From Raja brachyura (lineage: Eukaryota): a stretch of DNA of 64,000 nucleotides. Positions within the stretch are counted from its first letter, which is position 1, and every line of letters begins with the position of its first letter. Of this stretch, positions 1-12,566 are shown piece after piece. Under the pieces are notes generated by a model. That model was not told the origin of the DNA and did not search any database. It saw only the letters and a list, made by a program, of their open reading frames with translations. Position numbers and translations under genes: made by a program. The stretch lies in the NCBI GenBank assembly GCA_963514005.1, contig OY740782.1, positions 80,166,001 to 80,230,000 of the forward strand, in the 5' to 3' direction.

Positions 1-75
1 CGAAACGATCATCCAGTCTGCGTTTGGCCTTGCCGATATATAGGAGCCCACACCGATAACAATATATCCGCGAGA
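1..75 (-). mobile_element. Penelope-like element fragment (GIY-YIG endonuclease)
   Basis: Minus strand reads CGLLYIGKAKRRLDDRF, matching CQLLYIGETKRRFAHRI in the Penelope ORF at 62009-62455; runs off the window edge. Confidence 0.7.
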
Positions 76-99
76 CCACGTATAAACTGGGCTAATTTT

Positions 100-720
100 C
101 TCAGATGCTTAAGAAAGTAAACACACTGAAGTACTTTCTGCATCATTTGTATCAGTGTGAAGGGACTGCTAGTGGTATATATGTCCTGTTAGCTAGTCGT
201 ATATATGTCTTGGAAACTCAAGATTTCAACCATCTCTTTGGCAACTTTGATGAGGTCAGGGTTGTGTTTAATCTCACATCCACAACCAACTCTTTCATCT
301 GGCTGACATTAACAGAAGAGTACCAATGTTGAAGGTTAAGTTGAAGGAAATGTTATGACCAATTTTAACCAACTGAGGTCGGCTGGCTGAAAGACTTGAA
401 GACAATTGCAGATGGAGATCCCAAGGCCAAGATTCAGATGTGTAGCATATTCAGTACTATAGTGTTGAAGGCTGAGCTGTAGCCAATGAACAGCATGCTG
501 ACATAGGTGTAGTAATTGTCAAGGCGATCCAGAGCTGAATATAGTGCAAGGGAGATAGCAACCCACGTAGACCTATACTTTCCTGTATGCAAATTGCAAT
601 GGGTCCAGATTGTTCAGAAGAGTGGCACAGACGTGAGCTTTAACCAGTCTTTCAAAGCATTTCATTATGATCAATATTAGAACTAGTGGGCAGTAGTCAT
701 TGAGACAGGACAGCTCCAAT
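100..720 (-). mobile_element. Decayed Rex1/Babar LINE reverse transcriptase fragment
   Basis: Minus-strand peptides [36 protein letters not shown] and YSSAFNTI parallel the Rex1 RT at 56088-56915. Confidence 0.75.
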
Positions 721-922
721 TCATCCCAGTATGTTCATATCATAATAGCATGATCTTCTCATTGGACCCTGACCGTCTGTATGGAGATCCGAGTGCACAC
801 TAAATTGTCCATTTGACATTGAATCACAAAAATCTTTTATTAAATAAATCATGGGTGAAATAAAATTCCTGTGCCACTTTAAAAAACATGTTGGCTTCCT
901 CTCCAACCAACTCCTAACTCTT

Positions 923-948
923 CCCCCCCCCCCCCCCCCCCCCCCCCC
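923..948. repeat. Poly-C homopolymer (26 nt)
   Basis: Direct reading. Confidence 0.95.
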
Positions 949-1861
949 AAGACCTACAACATCAGGGAGAAAAAGAAACAAAGGGAATTTATGTCCTATG
1001 GATTTGAGGAAAAACATTTTCACTGAAGATGACATCTTTCAGTAAAATTAATTGGTGCTCGATGGTTCAAGTAGATTTAAAAGAAACTTGAAAACCCTAT
1101 TCCTTGGGGATCTACAGAACCACTTGGAACCATGATTAAAGAAAATAACTGGAATTTTCAAGATGTAAAAACAAATGTCTTTGGACTAAATTTCCTATTG
1201 CCTATTAATTGGAGAAGGAAATAAGTTCTTGAGTAAAGAGCAGGAAACAGCACTTCAAATATACATCATTTTTTGCAAGAAATTAAATCAGCTATGTTTT
1301 TCAGCCCATTCTTCATTTTCAACTGTATGAACATGGCAAATGAGAGCAAAAAAGGATGAATATAAAATAATATAATCTGAAGCTAAAAATTGGATAATGC
1401 ATTACACTGAATATATTTGAAGTTCCTTACAATATTAATTAGAAATAATTTTTATTTCTTTTGAAAATCTTTTGTACTTCTCAATACGAATATTTGAACG
1501 ATTATGCCAAAATTATTCACTCAATAGGCATTTATGATGGAACTGCATTGCCATGTTTGGTGAGTTTTTGGACCGGCTAAAGCTCTGGAACAATGAACAG
1601 CACACTCCAAATACGTAGGTTTGATTTCACTTTGCTGGCCATCAGAACAAGTCTATGGAGTCACTGATACTATATTTTATGACACACAAGCATTATCAAA
1701 GTATTTGGGGATTTTTTATAAATTATTCTAACCAGTTAAAAGTATTTTTTTTAGAAAGACAGAGCAACATTTACATTTTTCAAAACAATTATGAAAAAGA
1801 ATCATAATCATTATCGTAATTTATTAGCCAAGTATGTTTTGCAACATATGAGGAATTTGAT

Positions 1862-2200
1862 TCTGGAAGGTTTGAGTTACAAGGAGAGGCTGGATAGGCT
1901 AGATTTGTTTTATCTGAAACATAGGAGGGTAAGGGCTAACATAGAGGTTTATAGAATCTGGTAGAGATAAGGTGAATAGCAGTAGATTTACCCCAGGATA
2001 AAGGAGTCTGAACCTAAAAGGTGATGGTACATGAAATGAACTGCCAGATAAAAGGGTAAAATTATGACATTTAAAAGACACCTAGACAGGTACATTGTGT
2101 GATCTGATCAAGGCACAGGCAAGTGGGAGTAGCTATGCTAAGCAACTTGGTCAGCACAGACAAAGTGGGTGAAAGGCCTGTTTCGGTGCTGTATAGCTCA
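1862..2200 (+). mobile_element. CR1 LINE 3' fragment, decayed
   Basis: ORF2 C-terminal remnant (LSYKERLDRL) and CR1-type 3' tail GGCCTGTTTCGGTGCTGTAT. Confidence 0.75.
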
Positions 2201-2685
2201 AAGGGTAAGTTCATAGGAGGCATTCTGGACATCTTCCTCAACCAATAAATCCCTGACCAGAAGGGGAATGGGCTATGCTGGTTTTCATTTTAAGTTGTGT
2301 GAAAAAATATCTAGTTATCTTATTTAGGAATTCTCTATGAAAGTCTGCACTTTATGAAAGTCTGCAATACAAGGACAACGGCCCCATAGATCTTACAGAG
2401 TCTTGGAATACATCCAAAGCTATGATAATTTGATAGCTCATCACTAAAGGGAGTGGATGGAGAAGAGAGATTTATCCATCCACTCAGATGCCATGTATGT
2501 AAAGTTGATCTCCTTTCATGGTCATAAATTTAGTGGAGTTCTCTGCTTCTCTGGGTGTAAGAGTGGTAATGATGAATTCATTAACTTTTTGAAGGGGAAT
2601 GAAAGAATATGAAGACTATGGAGAGAACAGAGTTTAGATAAAAGATCAGCCATGATCATGTCAAACAACCAAACATGCTCAAAGC

Positions 2686-3150
2686 AATCTCCTGGTTGCC
2701 GAACACTTTAATTCCCAATCCTATTCCCACACTGACCTTTCTGCCCTCGGCCTCCTTCATTGTCAGAGTAAAGGTAAAAGCAAATCGGAGGAACAGCTTC
2801 TCATATTTTGCCTGGGCAGCTTACAACCCAATGGTATGAATATGATTTCTCCAACTTCAAGTAACCCTTGCATTCCCTCTCTCTTCATCCCTACCCCACC
2901 CAAGTCGCACAAGCATTTCATTGCCAACCAGCAAACACCTAACAATGGCCCTTCTTTTATCATCTATACTTTTTTGCATATATTTCATTCATTTGTTCTA
3001 TACCTCTCTACATCACCATCTATATCTCTTGTTTCCCTTTCCCCTGACTAATTTGAAGAAGGGTCTCAACTCGAAATGTCACCCATTTCTTCTCTCCAGA
3101 GATATTGCCTGTCCCACTGAGTTACTCCAACATTTTGTGTCAATCTTCGG
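2686..3150 (+). mobile_element. Penelope-like element 3' part plus terminal repeat
   Basis: Similar to 62278-62460 (end of GIY-YIG ORF), followed by TGAAGAAGGGTCTCAACTCGAAATGTCACCCAT terminal repeat at ~3055-3150. Confidence 0.8.
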
Positions 3151-3642
3151 CTCAAAAGTTGTACAGGTTTCCAACAATCACAATCCTTTATAAACAGAAA
3201 GAATAATAATTTCACTTTGATACCCATTATCTTCAGTTTCACACAGATTCCTTGATGCCATACTCAGTGGAATTCTCTTCATATCAAATGCACTTCTCTG
3301 CACACTTATGCATGCTCACTTTTCTGCATAAGCTCACTTCTTATATTTAGCTCTTCATTCCATATTTGGAGCAAAGTAATGAAGAAGCCAGGAGCATGTG
3401 CATTTCTCAATAATTTAAGATCAGATGAAGGTTCTAACATCAAAGTTGAAATTAAATGAAAAGTCAGTTTTGTTTAGAGGTCGAACTCTGACTGAGCATA
3501 TAATGGATTTGTGTCCTTGAGCCTGCTACTTTTGTACATATCTTTGCAACCAATGGTTAGAGTAAGTGTCATTAACATGGACATGGAGCGAAGCAATAGT
3601 GTGAGACCCATGCATTTAGTGAAATTTTCACGCTCTCACGCT

Positions 3643-5069
3643 GATCCATTGTTTAAAAAGGGTTCAAAGAATAAACCTAGCAATTATAGACCTGTTAGTT
3701 TGACGTCAGTGGTGGGCAAATTAATGGAAAGGATACTTAGAGATAATATATATAAGCATTTGGATAAACAGGGTCTGATCAGGGACAGTCAACATGGATT
3801 TGTGCCTGGAAGGTCATGTTTGACAAACCTTCTTGAATTTTTTGAAGAGGTTACTAGGGAAATTGATGAGGGTAAAGCAGTGGATGTTGTCTATGTGGAT
3901 GTCAGTAAGGCCTTTGATAAGGTTCCCCATGGGAGGTTGGTTAAGAAGGTTCAATCTTTGGTTGTTAATGGCGGAGTAGCAAGATAGATTCAACAGTGGC
4001 TGAATGCGAGATGCCAGAGAGTAATGGTGGATGGCTGTTTGTCAGGTTGGAAGCCGGTGACCAGTGGGGTGCCTCAGGGATCTGTGTTGAGTCCACTGTT
4101 GTTTGTCATGGACATCAATGATCTGGATGATGGGGTGGAAAATTAGATAAGTAAGTATGCAGATGATACTAAGATAGGTGGTGCTGTGGATAATGAAGTC
4201 TACAGAGAGATTTGAGCCATTTGGAAGAGTGGGCTGAAAGATGGCAGATGGAGTTTAATGCTGATAAGTGTGAGGTGCTACATCTTGGCAGGACACATCA
4301 AAATAGGACATACATGGTAAATGGTAGGGAATTGAGGAATGCTGCGGAACAGAGGGATCTGGGAATAACTGTGCATAGTTCCCTGAAGGTGGAATCGCAT
4401 GTAGATAGGGTGGTAAAGAAAGGTTTTGGTGTGCTGGCCTTTATAAATCAGAGCATTGAATATAGGAGTAGGGAAGTAATGTTAAAATTGTACAAGGCAT
4501 TGGTGAGACCAATTCTGGAGTATGGTGCACAATTTTGGTCACCTAATTATAGGAAGGATGTCAACAAACTAGAGAGAGTACAGAGGAGATTTACTAGAAT
4601 GTTGCCTGGGTTCCAGCAACTAAGTTACAGAGAAAGGTTGAACAAGTTTGGTCTTTATTCTTTGGAGTGCAGAAGGTTAAGGGGGGACTTGATTGAGGTC
4701 TTTAAAATGATGAAAGGGATAGACAGAGTTGACGTGGATAACCTTTCCCATTGAGGGTAGGGAAGATTCAAACAAGAGGGCATGACATGAGAATTAAGGG
4801 ACAGATGTTTAGGGGTAACATGAGGGGGAACTTCTTTACTCAGAGAGTGGTGGCTGTGTGGAATGAGCTTCCTGCAGAAGTGGTGGAGGCAGGATCGATT
4901 TTAACATTTAAAAGTAAAGTGGATAGGTATATGGACGGGAAGGGAATGGAGGGGTACGGTCTGAGTGCAGGTAGATGGGACTAGGGGAAAATAAATGTTC
5001 GGCACGGACAGGAAGGGCCGAGAGGGCCTGTTTCCGTGCTGTAATTGTTATATGGTATATGGTTATATG
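3643..5069 (+). mobile_element. CR1 LINE, 5'-truncated (RT to tail)
   Basis: Broken RT ORFs (NYRPVSLTSVVGK, SQHGF, KAFDKV, YADD at ~4155), 3' UTR, and (TATATGGT)n tail. Confidence 0.95.
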
Positions 5070-5349
5070 ATCACAGAATTTCTCACGCTCAAAAATCCTT
5101 TAAAATAAATAAATAGAGTCAAGAGCAATTCAATTCGCCCAAGGCTTCCAGATCTCCTCCACACTCACCAATGAGAATAGTTTTCTGTCGGCGGGTTTCC
5201 CGTAAAGAACAAGCAATTTGATTGTCTTAAGCCCGTCGCACACTATTTAAAATGGCAATGTAACTGCAGTACTAATGATTCCATTTTACATTCATGGAAC
5301 TAAAATCTGCAGGTGCTGGAAATACAAAATAAAGCAATAATTGTTTCAG

Positions 5350-6090
5350 AGGTGAGTAAAAACCATCAGGGGAATATATAAGGTTAATGCATAGTCTTTT
5401 CCCGGGAGAAGTGATTCAAGAACTGGAGGGCATTGGTTTAAAGCAGGGATGTCAAACTACCGGCCTGCGAAGTGGTCCAATCCAGCCCGCAGGATGATTT
5501 GGGGAAAAAACGTTTTGTTTAGAGTCACTGACACACACTCACACACCTTCACTCACACCCTCACTTCAATAAAAAATAGAGGCTAACTGTTTTCATTGTC
5601 TGAGTTTTGATTGCTAGAAACAGGCTAATAAAAATTAGGTGCAGTTGTGTTGTCTTCATTTACAATTTGTTTAGTTATGCCTACATTGTGTCTGCTAAGG
5701 ATCAATTTCAAATGTTTTATTAATAGAAAGGGTGTGTTCGCGCGAGCATAACTGATCTGGCCCACATTAAGTCGTATTTTGCCCAATCCGGCCCGTGACC
5801 TAAAATGGGTTTGACACCCCTGGTTTATAGCGAGAGAGGAACGATTTAATAGGAACCTGAGGGACAACATTTTCACGCAGAGGATGGTGGGTATGTGGAA
5901 CAAGCTGCCAGGGGAAGTAGGCAGGTAAAATGACAGCATTTAAGAGACATTTGGACAGATACGTGGAGAGGAAAGGTTTAAAGGGATATGGGCCAAATGC
6001 GGATAAGTGGGACTAGTTTAGATGGGGCATCATGATCTGCATGGACAAGTTGGGTTGAAGGGCCTGTTTCCATGCTGTAAGACTATGACA
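5350..6090 (+). mobile_element. CR1 3' fragment interrupted by a hAT MITE
   Basis: CR1 end motifs (AGGAACCTGAGGGACAACATTTTCAC; GGGCCTGTTTCCATGCTGTA) continue on both sides of the 5444-5822 insertion. Confidence 0.8.
5444..5822. mobile_element. hAT-superfamily (Charlie-like) non-autonomous MITE
   Basis: TIRs CAGGGATGTCAAAC / GTTTGACACCCCTG; 8-bp TSD GTTTAAAG (5436-5443) / GTTTATAG (5823-5830). Confidence 0.88.
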
Positions 6091-6282
6091 CATTGCAGGA
6101 AGGGTGCAAATGCTCTGGATCCCGGAGCGATTTATGAAGATGTTGGCAGGGCTGGGATCTTTTTCACTTTGATAACTGGGATTTGATAACTGGGATTGTA
6201 TTCTCTGCAGCAACGGAGGTGAAGGAAATACTTAGTTGAGGTGAATAATATTATGAGAATAGGACCTGTTTCGCTTAACAAG

Positions 6283-6415
6283 GTGTAGGAAGGAACTGCA
6301 GGTGATGGTTTAAACTGAAAATATACACAAAATGCTGGAATAACTCATCAGGACAGGCAGCATCTCTGGAAAGAAAGAATGGGTGATGTTTTGGGTCAAG
6401 ACCTTCAGACTGAAG
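6283..6415 (-). mobile_element. Penelope terminal-repeat (pLTR) solo copy
   Basis: AAGGAACTGCAG..ACACAAAATGCTGG..AACTCA..GGCAGCATCTCTGG..GGGTGATGTTTTGGGTC..CTTCAGACTGAAG is the reverse complement of the Penelope 3' repeat. Confidence 0.8.
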
Positions 6416-6502
6416 AGGTTGAAAACCAGCCAAGTAGATGTAAAAGACTGGAGATTATCCAACTAAGGGCAGAAATCAGAATCATGTGTTAATCTTTATT
6501 TA

Positions 6503-7708
6503 CCAGCATCACACGGGAGGGCTGGTCCCCCAATGCAATATTCCACCTCTCCACCAATACCAATATTGGTGGCCAGTGGGGGTGGGGGGGGGGGCTTTCT
6601 GGAGTGCTAGTATGGACATTGTGGGCCGAATAGATTCTTGGGCTGGCGGCTTAATCATTCAAGCATGTTGTGCTGGCAGCTCACTCACTCACGGCTGGTG
6701 GGCTGGCGGTTGACTCACGGCTATTCCTTGAAATTCCATTTCAAGCAGGCTGCAAGGCCACCAAATTCAAGTGCTGTTTCTTACCACTTTAAGCAGGGTG
6801 CAAGGCCACCAAATTCAAGTGCAGTTTCATACCATTTCAAGCAGGGTGCAAGGCCACGAAAGACAGCGAGTCATGACCTCTCCCTCCTCCATCTTGCAGA
6901 GACTGCCACGCCCACAATTCTGGGTTTTATAGTCCCTCCCCCATTCCCACCAGAAGGGGCATGGCCTTCATGGCGTGATTGACAGGAGAGAGAATCTCAA
7001 CATTTTTAACACTAATAACTCGTTTATTTTACATCGATGGGAAAAATCCTCGGCACCTGATGAGCGGAGGGGGATTCTGAGTAAGATGGCGAAAAATCAC
7101 AGCCATACGTGGTAGCGTTTTTTCTAAAATCAATATAAAGCGCAAACAGTAAGTGGTCAAGATTAGACTTTTAATTATATAGAAGGCAAAGTAACTTTAA
7201 TTAGGCAAGGCGACTTTAATTAGGCAAGGCAACATTAATTAGGCAAGGCAACTTTAATTAGGCAAGGCAACTTTAATCAGGCAACACAGCTTTAGCATTT
7301 CCAAACCAAAGGCAACACAGCTTTAGCATTTCCAAACTATATTTTCAAACCACATTACGGGCACTGACAGGTCAGTAAAACCATTCACAGTTTAGTAGAC
7401 ATGTGTTCAGTGTTATTCACAGCTCAGAATGAGAGATGTGGCCCTCTTGCTCCCCCATCTTGCAGAGACTGACTGAGGCACTCAACACTTCCGGGTTTTT
7501 ATAGTCCATCTGGAAGGGGCGTGGCCTTCAGGAGACAGATTCGCAACATTTTTTAAACACTAAAACTCTTTTATTTTTCGTCGATGGGAAAAATCTTCTT
7601 GTCCTGCGAAGATGGCCAAAAATCACAGCTGTAAGTGGTATCGTTTGTTCCAAAATCAAAATACAGAACAACAGGATGTGGTCAAGATCAGACTTTTAGT
7701 AATATAGA
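6503..7708 (-). mobile_element. Non-autonomous Helitron, copy 1 (5' end intact, 3' hairpin lost)
   Basis: Minus strand starts a|TCTATATTACTAAAAG at 7708; body homologous to 10903-11890 and 22459-24528; second internal TCTATATAATTAAAAG terminus at 7183. Confidence 0.8.
7184..7340. repeat. 19-bp tandem repeat (AGGCAAGGCAACTTTAATT x5) plus a ~31-bp duplication inside the Helitron
   Basis: Direct reading. Confidence 0.9.
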
Positions 7709-7730
7709 TATTACCGAAAGAAAAATTTAG

Positions 7731-8010
7731 TGGGGTGGCATGATGGCACAGCAGTAGAGTTGCTGCCTTACAGCACCACAGACCCAGATTTGATCCTGAC
7801 TACGGGTGCTGTCTGTACAGAATTTATACATTCTCCCTATGACCACATGTGTCTTCTCTAATTATTCCAGTTTCTCTCACATCTGAAAGAAGTGCTGGTT
7901 AGTGGGTTAATTGGCTTCTGTAAATTGTCCCTGGCGTGTTGGATGGAACTGGTATATGGTAGATTGCTGGTCAGTGTGGACTTGGTGGGCCGAAGGATCT
8001 GTTTCCATAT
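7731..8010 (+). mobile_element. tRNA-derived V-SINE (HE1-like)
   Basis: A-box TGGCACAGCAG, decayed B-box TTTGATCC, V-domain-like core, CR1-derived tail TGGGCCGAAGG..TGTTTCC. Confidence 0.85.
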
Positions 8011-8879
8011 ATATGTTTTACACGTATATCTTAATTTAGTTGAACCATATAATTGGTTGAATATATGGCATTATTTTCATCTTGTTTCTATAGTTAAAGG
8101 GTAAGGTTGATTAATTTATTAGTGCAGAATAGTGATGGAAATCCAACTTGCCTTGTTTCTGTGTTATTTTTTCTCAAAATATATGCATAACAGCATGAAT
8201 TATAATCTAATTTCCATACATGAATATACTAAGGTCATTCATGTGTTGCACCTGTTAATCAGAGCCTGGCTCTACTGTGGAATGTAATTTAGCCTAACCT
8301 TATTCATACCTAATCCGATTTAAAACATAAATGTTGCATTCAAGTTAAAAGACTCGCTACAGTATGCACCAGATTGCACAATTTCAAACTGAAAAATGCA
8401 AAAGCTCCCTACCGCTACTCTCCCTCGGACTTGGTCGCTGTGCTCCCTCACAATTTCTCACTCTCAACTCTCACACAATGTTGGCAGCCCTGTTGTTGCC
8501 ACATTGGCTTTTTGAACTCACAAAACTGGAATGATTATCCATGATCCTGTGGGGCTGAGAAAGAAGAGGACGAATTGATCACTCTTCAACATTTCATATC
8601 AGTTCTCATTGTGGCCTAAAACTCTGTAAACTGTTGCAAGGAAAAATAAATTGCACTTTATATCCTGGATCCAACAGATTATTGAATTATATTGAAATTA
8701 ATTTTAGGGCCTCAACTGGAAAAACGAATGTAAATACTACATCTTCAATTTATAATGTTAGATGAGAGATTTATATATTTTATTTTACTGTAGTCAAAAA
8801 AGCAAACCATCGGGAATACATGTATTCCTGAAAATCATAAAGGGAGAATTCCATTTAATAAAAGAGAGAATGCAGAAAA

Positions 8880-9900
8880 CAACAGAACTCTGGGGAATGT
8901 TGCAGAGCAGGGGGATCTTGGAGTATAAGTACACAGTTCCATGAAAGTGGCAGCACAGATAGATACGATGGTTAAGAAGGTATTTGGTACATTGGCCTTC
9001 CTCAATCAGGGTATTGAGTATAGAAGTTTGGACATTATGTTACAGTTGTACAAGAAGTTGGTGAGGTTGCATTTGGTATATCGTGTTCAGTTTTTGTCAC
9101 CTTGTTATAAGAATGATGTCATTAAGCTGGAAAGAGTGTTCAGAAGATTTATGGGGGATGTTGCCAGGACCCAAGGACCTAAGCTATGGGGAGATATTGG
9201 GTGAAATTAGGACTTAATTCCTTGAAGCACAGGAGGCTAAGAGGTGATTTTGTAGAGTTGCATAAAATTATGAGGGAACTGATAGGGTGAATGCACATTT
9301 ACCCAAGGTAGGATAATCAAGACCCAGAGGACATAGATTTAAGTTGTGAGCACAAAGATTTAATAGGAACATTAATGGCAGGAAGTAGCTGAGGCAGGTA
9401 CTAGTCATAGTTCTAGAGTCATAAAGTGTAACAGTGTGGAAACAGGCCCTTTGGCACAACTTGCCCACACCAGCCAACATGTCCCAGCTACATCCATCCC
9501 ACTTACCTGCGTTGGTCCACATCCCTCCAAACCTGTCCGATCCATGTACCTTTCTAACCATTTTTTAAGCATTGGGATAGCCTCAGCCTCAACTATTTCC
9601 TCTGGCAGCTTGTTCCATACACCCACCACCCTTTGTGTGATAATGTTACCCCTCAGATTCCTATTACATTTTTTCACCTTCACCTTAAACCTATGTCCTC
9701 TGGTTCTTGATTCACTGACTCTGTGCATACTACTATAATAATATTAAAATGACACTTGGACATGTACATGGATTAGAAAGGTTGAGAGAGATATGGGCCA
9801 AATGTAGACAAGTGGGACATGCTTAGATGGGGCATCTTAGTTGGTATTAACAAGTTGGGCTGAAGTGCCTATTTCCATGCTGTATGATTCTAGGACTCTA
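8880..9900 (+). mobile_element. CR1 3' fragment with an antisense CR1 nested inside
   Basis: ORF 8941-9204 (GIEYRSLDIMLQLYKKLVR); 3' tail resumes after ~9730. Confidence 0.85.
9412..9722 (-). mobile_element. CR1 3' end, antisense, nested
   Basis: Minus ORF SRTRGHRFKV..NLRGN..TQRVVGVWNKLP plus tail. Confidence 0.9.
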
Positions 9901-9975
9901 ATTTGTGTTGGACAAAACTCCTAGACCTGATGGTTTCCCCTCCATGCTATTAAACAAAATAAAGAAATTGCAGAT

Positions 9976-10275
9976 ATGGCACAGTGGTGCAGCGGTAGAG
10001 TTTCTGCCTTACAGCGTGAGAGACCCGGGTTTGATCCTGTCTGTACAGAGTTTGCACGTTCACCCCATGACCTGCATGGGTTTTCACTGAGATCTTCGGT
10101 TTCCTCCCGCATTCTGAGGACCTACCGGTTTGTAGGTTAACTGGCTTGGTATAAATGTAAATTGTCCCGAGTGTATGTGGGATAATGTTAACGTGCAGGG
10201 ATCGCAGGTCAGTACGGACTCGGTGGGCTGAAGAGCCTGTTTCCATGCTGTATCTCTAAAACTAAAAACTAAAAG
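9976..10275 (+). mobile_element. tRNA-derived V-SINE (HE1-like)
   Basis: TGGTGCAGCGGT A-box, GGGTTTGATCC B-box, GGTTTCCTCCC core, CR1 tail, (CTAAAA)n end. Confidence 0.9.
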
Positions 10276-10902
10276 ATATGCAATAACATGCCATCATTTT
10301 CTAAAGCTCTCTCTGTTCAAGCAAAGGGCCTTTGAATCAGTTATCGGAACCTGGGAATTGTGGGCTTGACCATTTAGTATTAAATGTGAGAACATTTTAT
10401 TGGAAGGATTGGGCATGTATGGATATTAGCTGATCAATGAGCCAACACAGTTTTATACCTGTAGGTCATGTCTGAATAATTTAGCGGATATTTTTATAGA
10501 AATCACAAACATAGTGAATATGGGATCATCTATTTAATGCTATTGATATAGAATTTCAGCAGATATTTGCTCCACATAAATAATTGGTAAAGATGAAAGG
10601 ACATATAATCTAATGACACGTTGCAAGATCAGTTCGCAAATACCATTTGAAGATGAATCAAAAATTAAGAGAAAATGGTTATTTCTCATCAGTATGTTTA
10701 TGTAGTATTTATCAGAAATACCCTACTTTTGCCTATGTATTAATAGCTTGGATAAAGAAATATGGAGGTCAACATCCAAGTTTGCCAATGACCTTAACTT
10801 ACAAGGCATGCTAATTTATATGGATAAAAGCAGGGTAAAGAAACAGAAAAAAATTATTATCAAAACAATGCCAGATGACATTCAATATGGGTCTGAGATA
10901 CC

Positions 10903-11552
10903 GATTTTAGAAAAAATGCTACCCTATATCGCTATGATTTTCGGCCGAAGGACTCACAGTCCTTCTCCGCTGAGCAGGCCCCGAGGAGTTTTCCCAGCGA
11001 TGAAAAATAAAAAAAAGTTATGAATGTTAAAATAACCTTGTGAGGGAGAGGCCACAACTCTCATTCTGATCTGTGAATCAACTGAACTGTGAGTCTGCAA
11101 TGTACTTGCAATAAATGATTTGTTAGCCCTTAATGACAATGCCATGAGTTGGTTGGCCTGCTGCCCTACCTGTGCTTGAAACGGCAATGCTTTATTAGGT
11201 CCAACTGTGTTTGGAAGGAATAAATGCTTTATTATGTCCAACTGTGTGTTTGGTTCAAAAGTCCTGCTCATTTCATGATTCCGCTAGTGGACAGGTCGCG
11301 CTGATGGCATAATTTCTGGTGAGTGCAGAGGTCGCCCTGATGGCGTAATTTCCGGTGAGTGCAGAGGCCACGCTGACTGCGGAAGTGGAGAGGCCGCGCT
11401 CAGCCATGTGAGTATTCAAGAACGTTTACTGTCATATATATGGTGTGTGAGTCAATGTATGTGTATGAATGTCTGTGTGAGTGTCTGTGTGAGTGTGTGA
11501 GAGTGAGAGTGTCTGAGTGTGTGTGAGTGGGAGAGTGTGTGTGTGGGAGTGG

Positions 11553-11627
<75 letters not shown>

Positions 11628-11890
11628 TGAGTGAGTGAGTGAGTGGTCTCAGAGACTGAGCTGCCAGGCCAAAAATCCATTTGGTTCACAATGTCCATAC
11701 TAGCCTGGAAACCAAATCCCTTCGGTCCACAACAACATACTAGCGCTCCAGAAAGCCCACCCCCCCCCCCCCCCCTCCCTCCCTCCCCTACTGGCCAGCA
11801 ATATTGGAATTGGTGGAGAGGCAGTATATTGCGTTAGGGGACTTGCCCTCCCGTGTGAAGCTGGGACCCAACGGGTCCCACTGAGTCTGG
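10903..11890 (+). mobile_element. Non-autonomous Helitron, copy 2 (3' end intact)
   Basis: Ends with hairpin GGGACCC-AAC-GGGTCCC (11863-11879), then ACTGAGT-CTGG|T (CTRR|T Helitron terminus); start matches reverse complement of ~7000-7130. Confidence 0.82.
11480..11645. repeat. (GT)n/(GAGT)n microsatellite inside Helitron copy 2
   Basis: Direct reading. Confidence 0.95.
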
Positions 11891-12287
11891 TAAATCATTA
11901 AAAATCTGCACCATATTGGTTGGGATTCAAATATAAAGCTATATCTTCAGTAGTATAGAGACCTAAATTATTATATCTACTAAGTTTAGAGTAGTAAATC
12001 TCAGGGAAGCTAGACTGAATTTGGACAAAGTTTACAATCAAAAGTATTATAGTGGTTTTAAGATGTATAAATGTATAAATGTTGCACGTGTCTCTAGTTT
12101 AAAAGATTGTTCAACTAAATCAAAATGTCAAAAGGGTTTGACATATACACAGAAAATAGTTCCACTGCTGGATGGATGTGTTGCAGCGTTGATGTTTCAA
12201 CAGTAGATAAAAACGTTTAACAAGACTATCTCCTTTCAGACGTGAAATCACAAGACTGCTTCATTTAAGAGTGGGAGTGGGTGAGAG

Positions 12288-12566
12288 TAAGGCTGAGGTG
12301 AGAAAAAACTTTTTTACCCAGAGTGCTGTGAATTTATGGAATTCCCTGCCACAGAGAGCAGTGGAGGCCAAATCACTGGATGGATTTAAGAGAGAGTTGG
12401 ATAGAGCTTTCGGGGCTAGTGGAATCAAGGGATATGGGGAGAAGGCAGGCACGGGTTATTGATAGCAGACAATCAGCCATGATCACAATGAATGGCGGTG
12501 CTGGCTCGAAGGCCCGAATGGCCTCCTCCTGCACCTATTTTCTATGTTTCTATGTTTCTATGTTTC
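12288..12566 (+). mobile_element. CR1 3' end
   Basis: EVRKNFFTQ..LWNSLPQRAVEA and (TTTCTATG)n tail. Confidence 0.92.

Noticed and set aside
721-1045. Poly-Pro / poly-Gly ORFs
   Set aside because: Caused by the 26-nt C homopolymer
11432-11698. His/Thr-repeat ORF
   Set aside because: Translation of the (GT)n microsatellite
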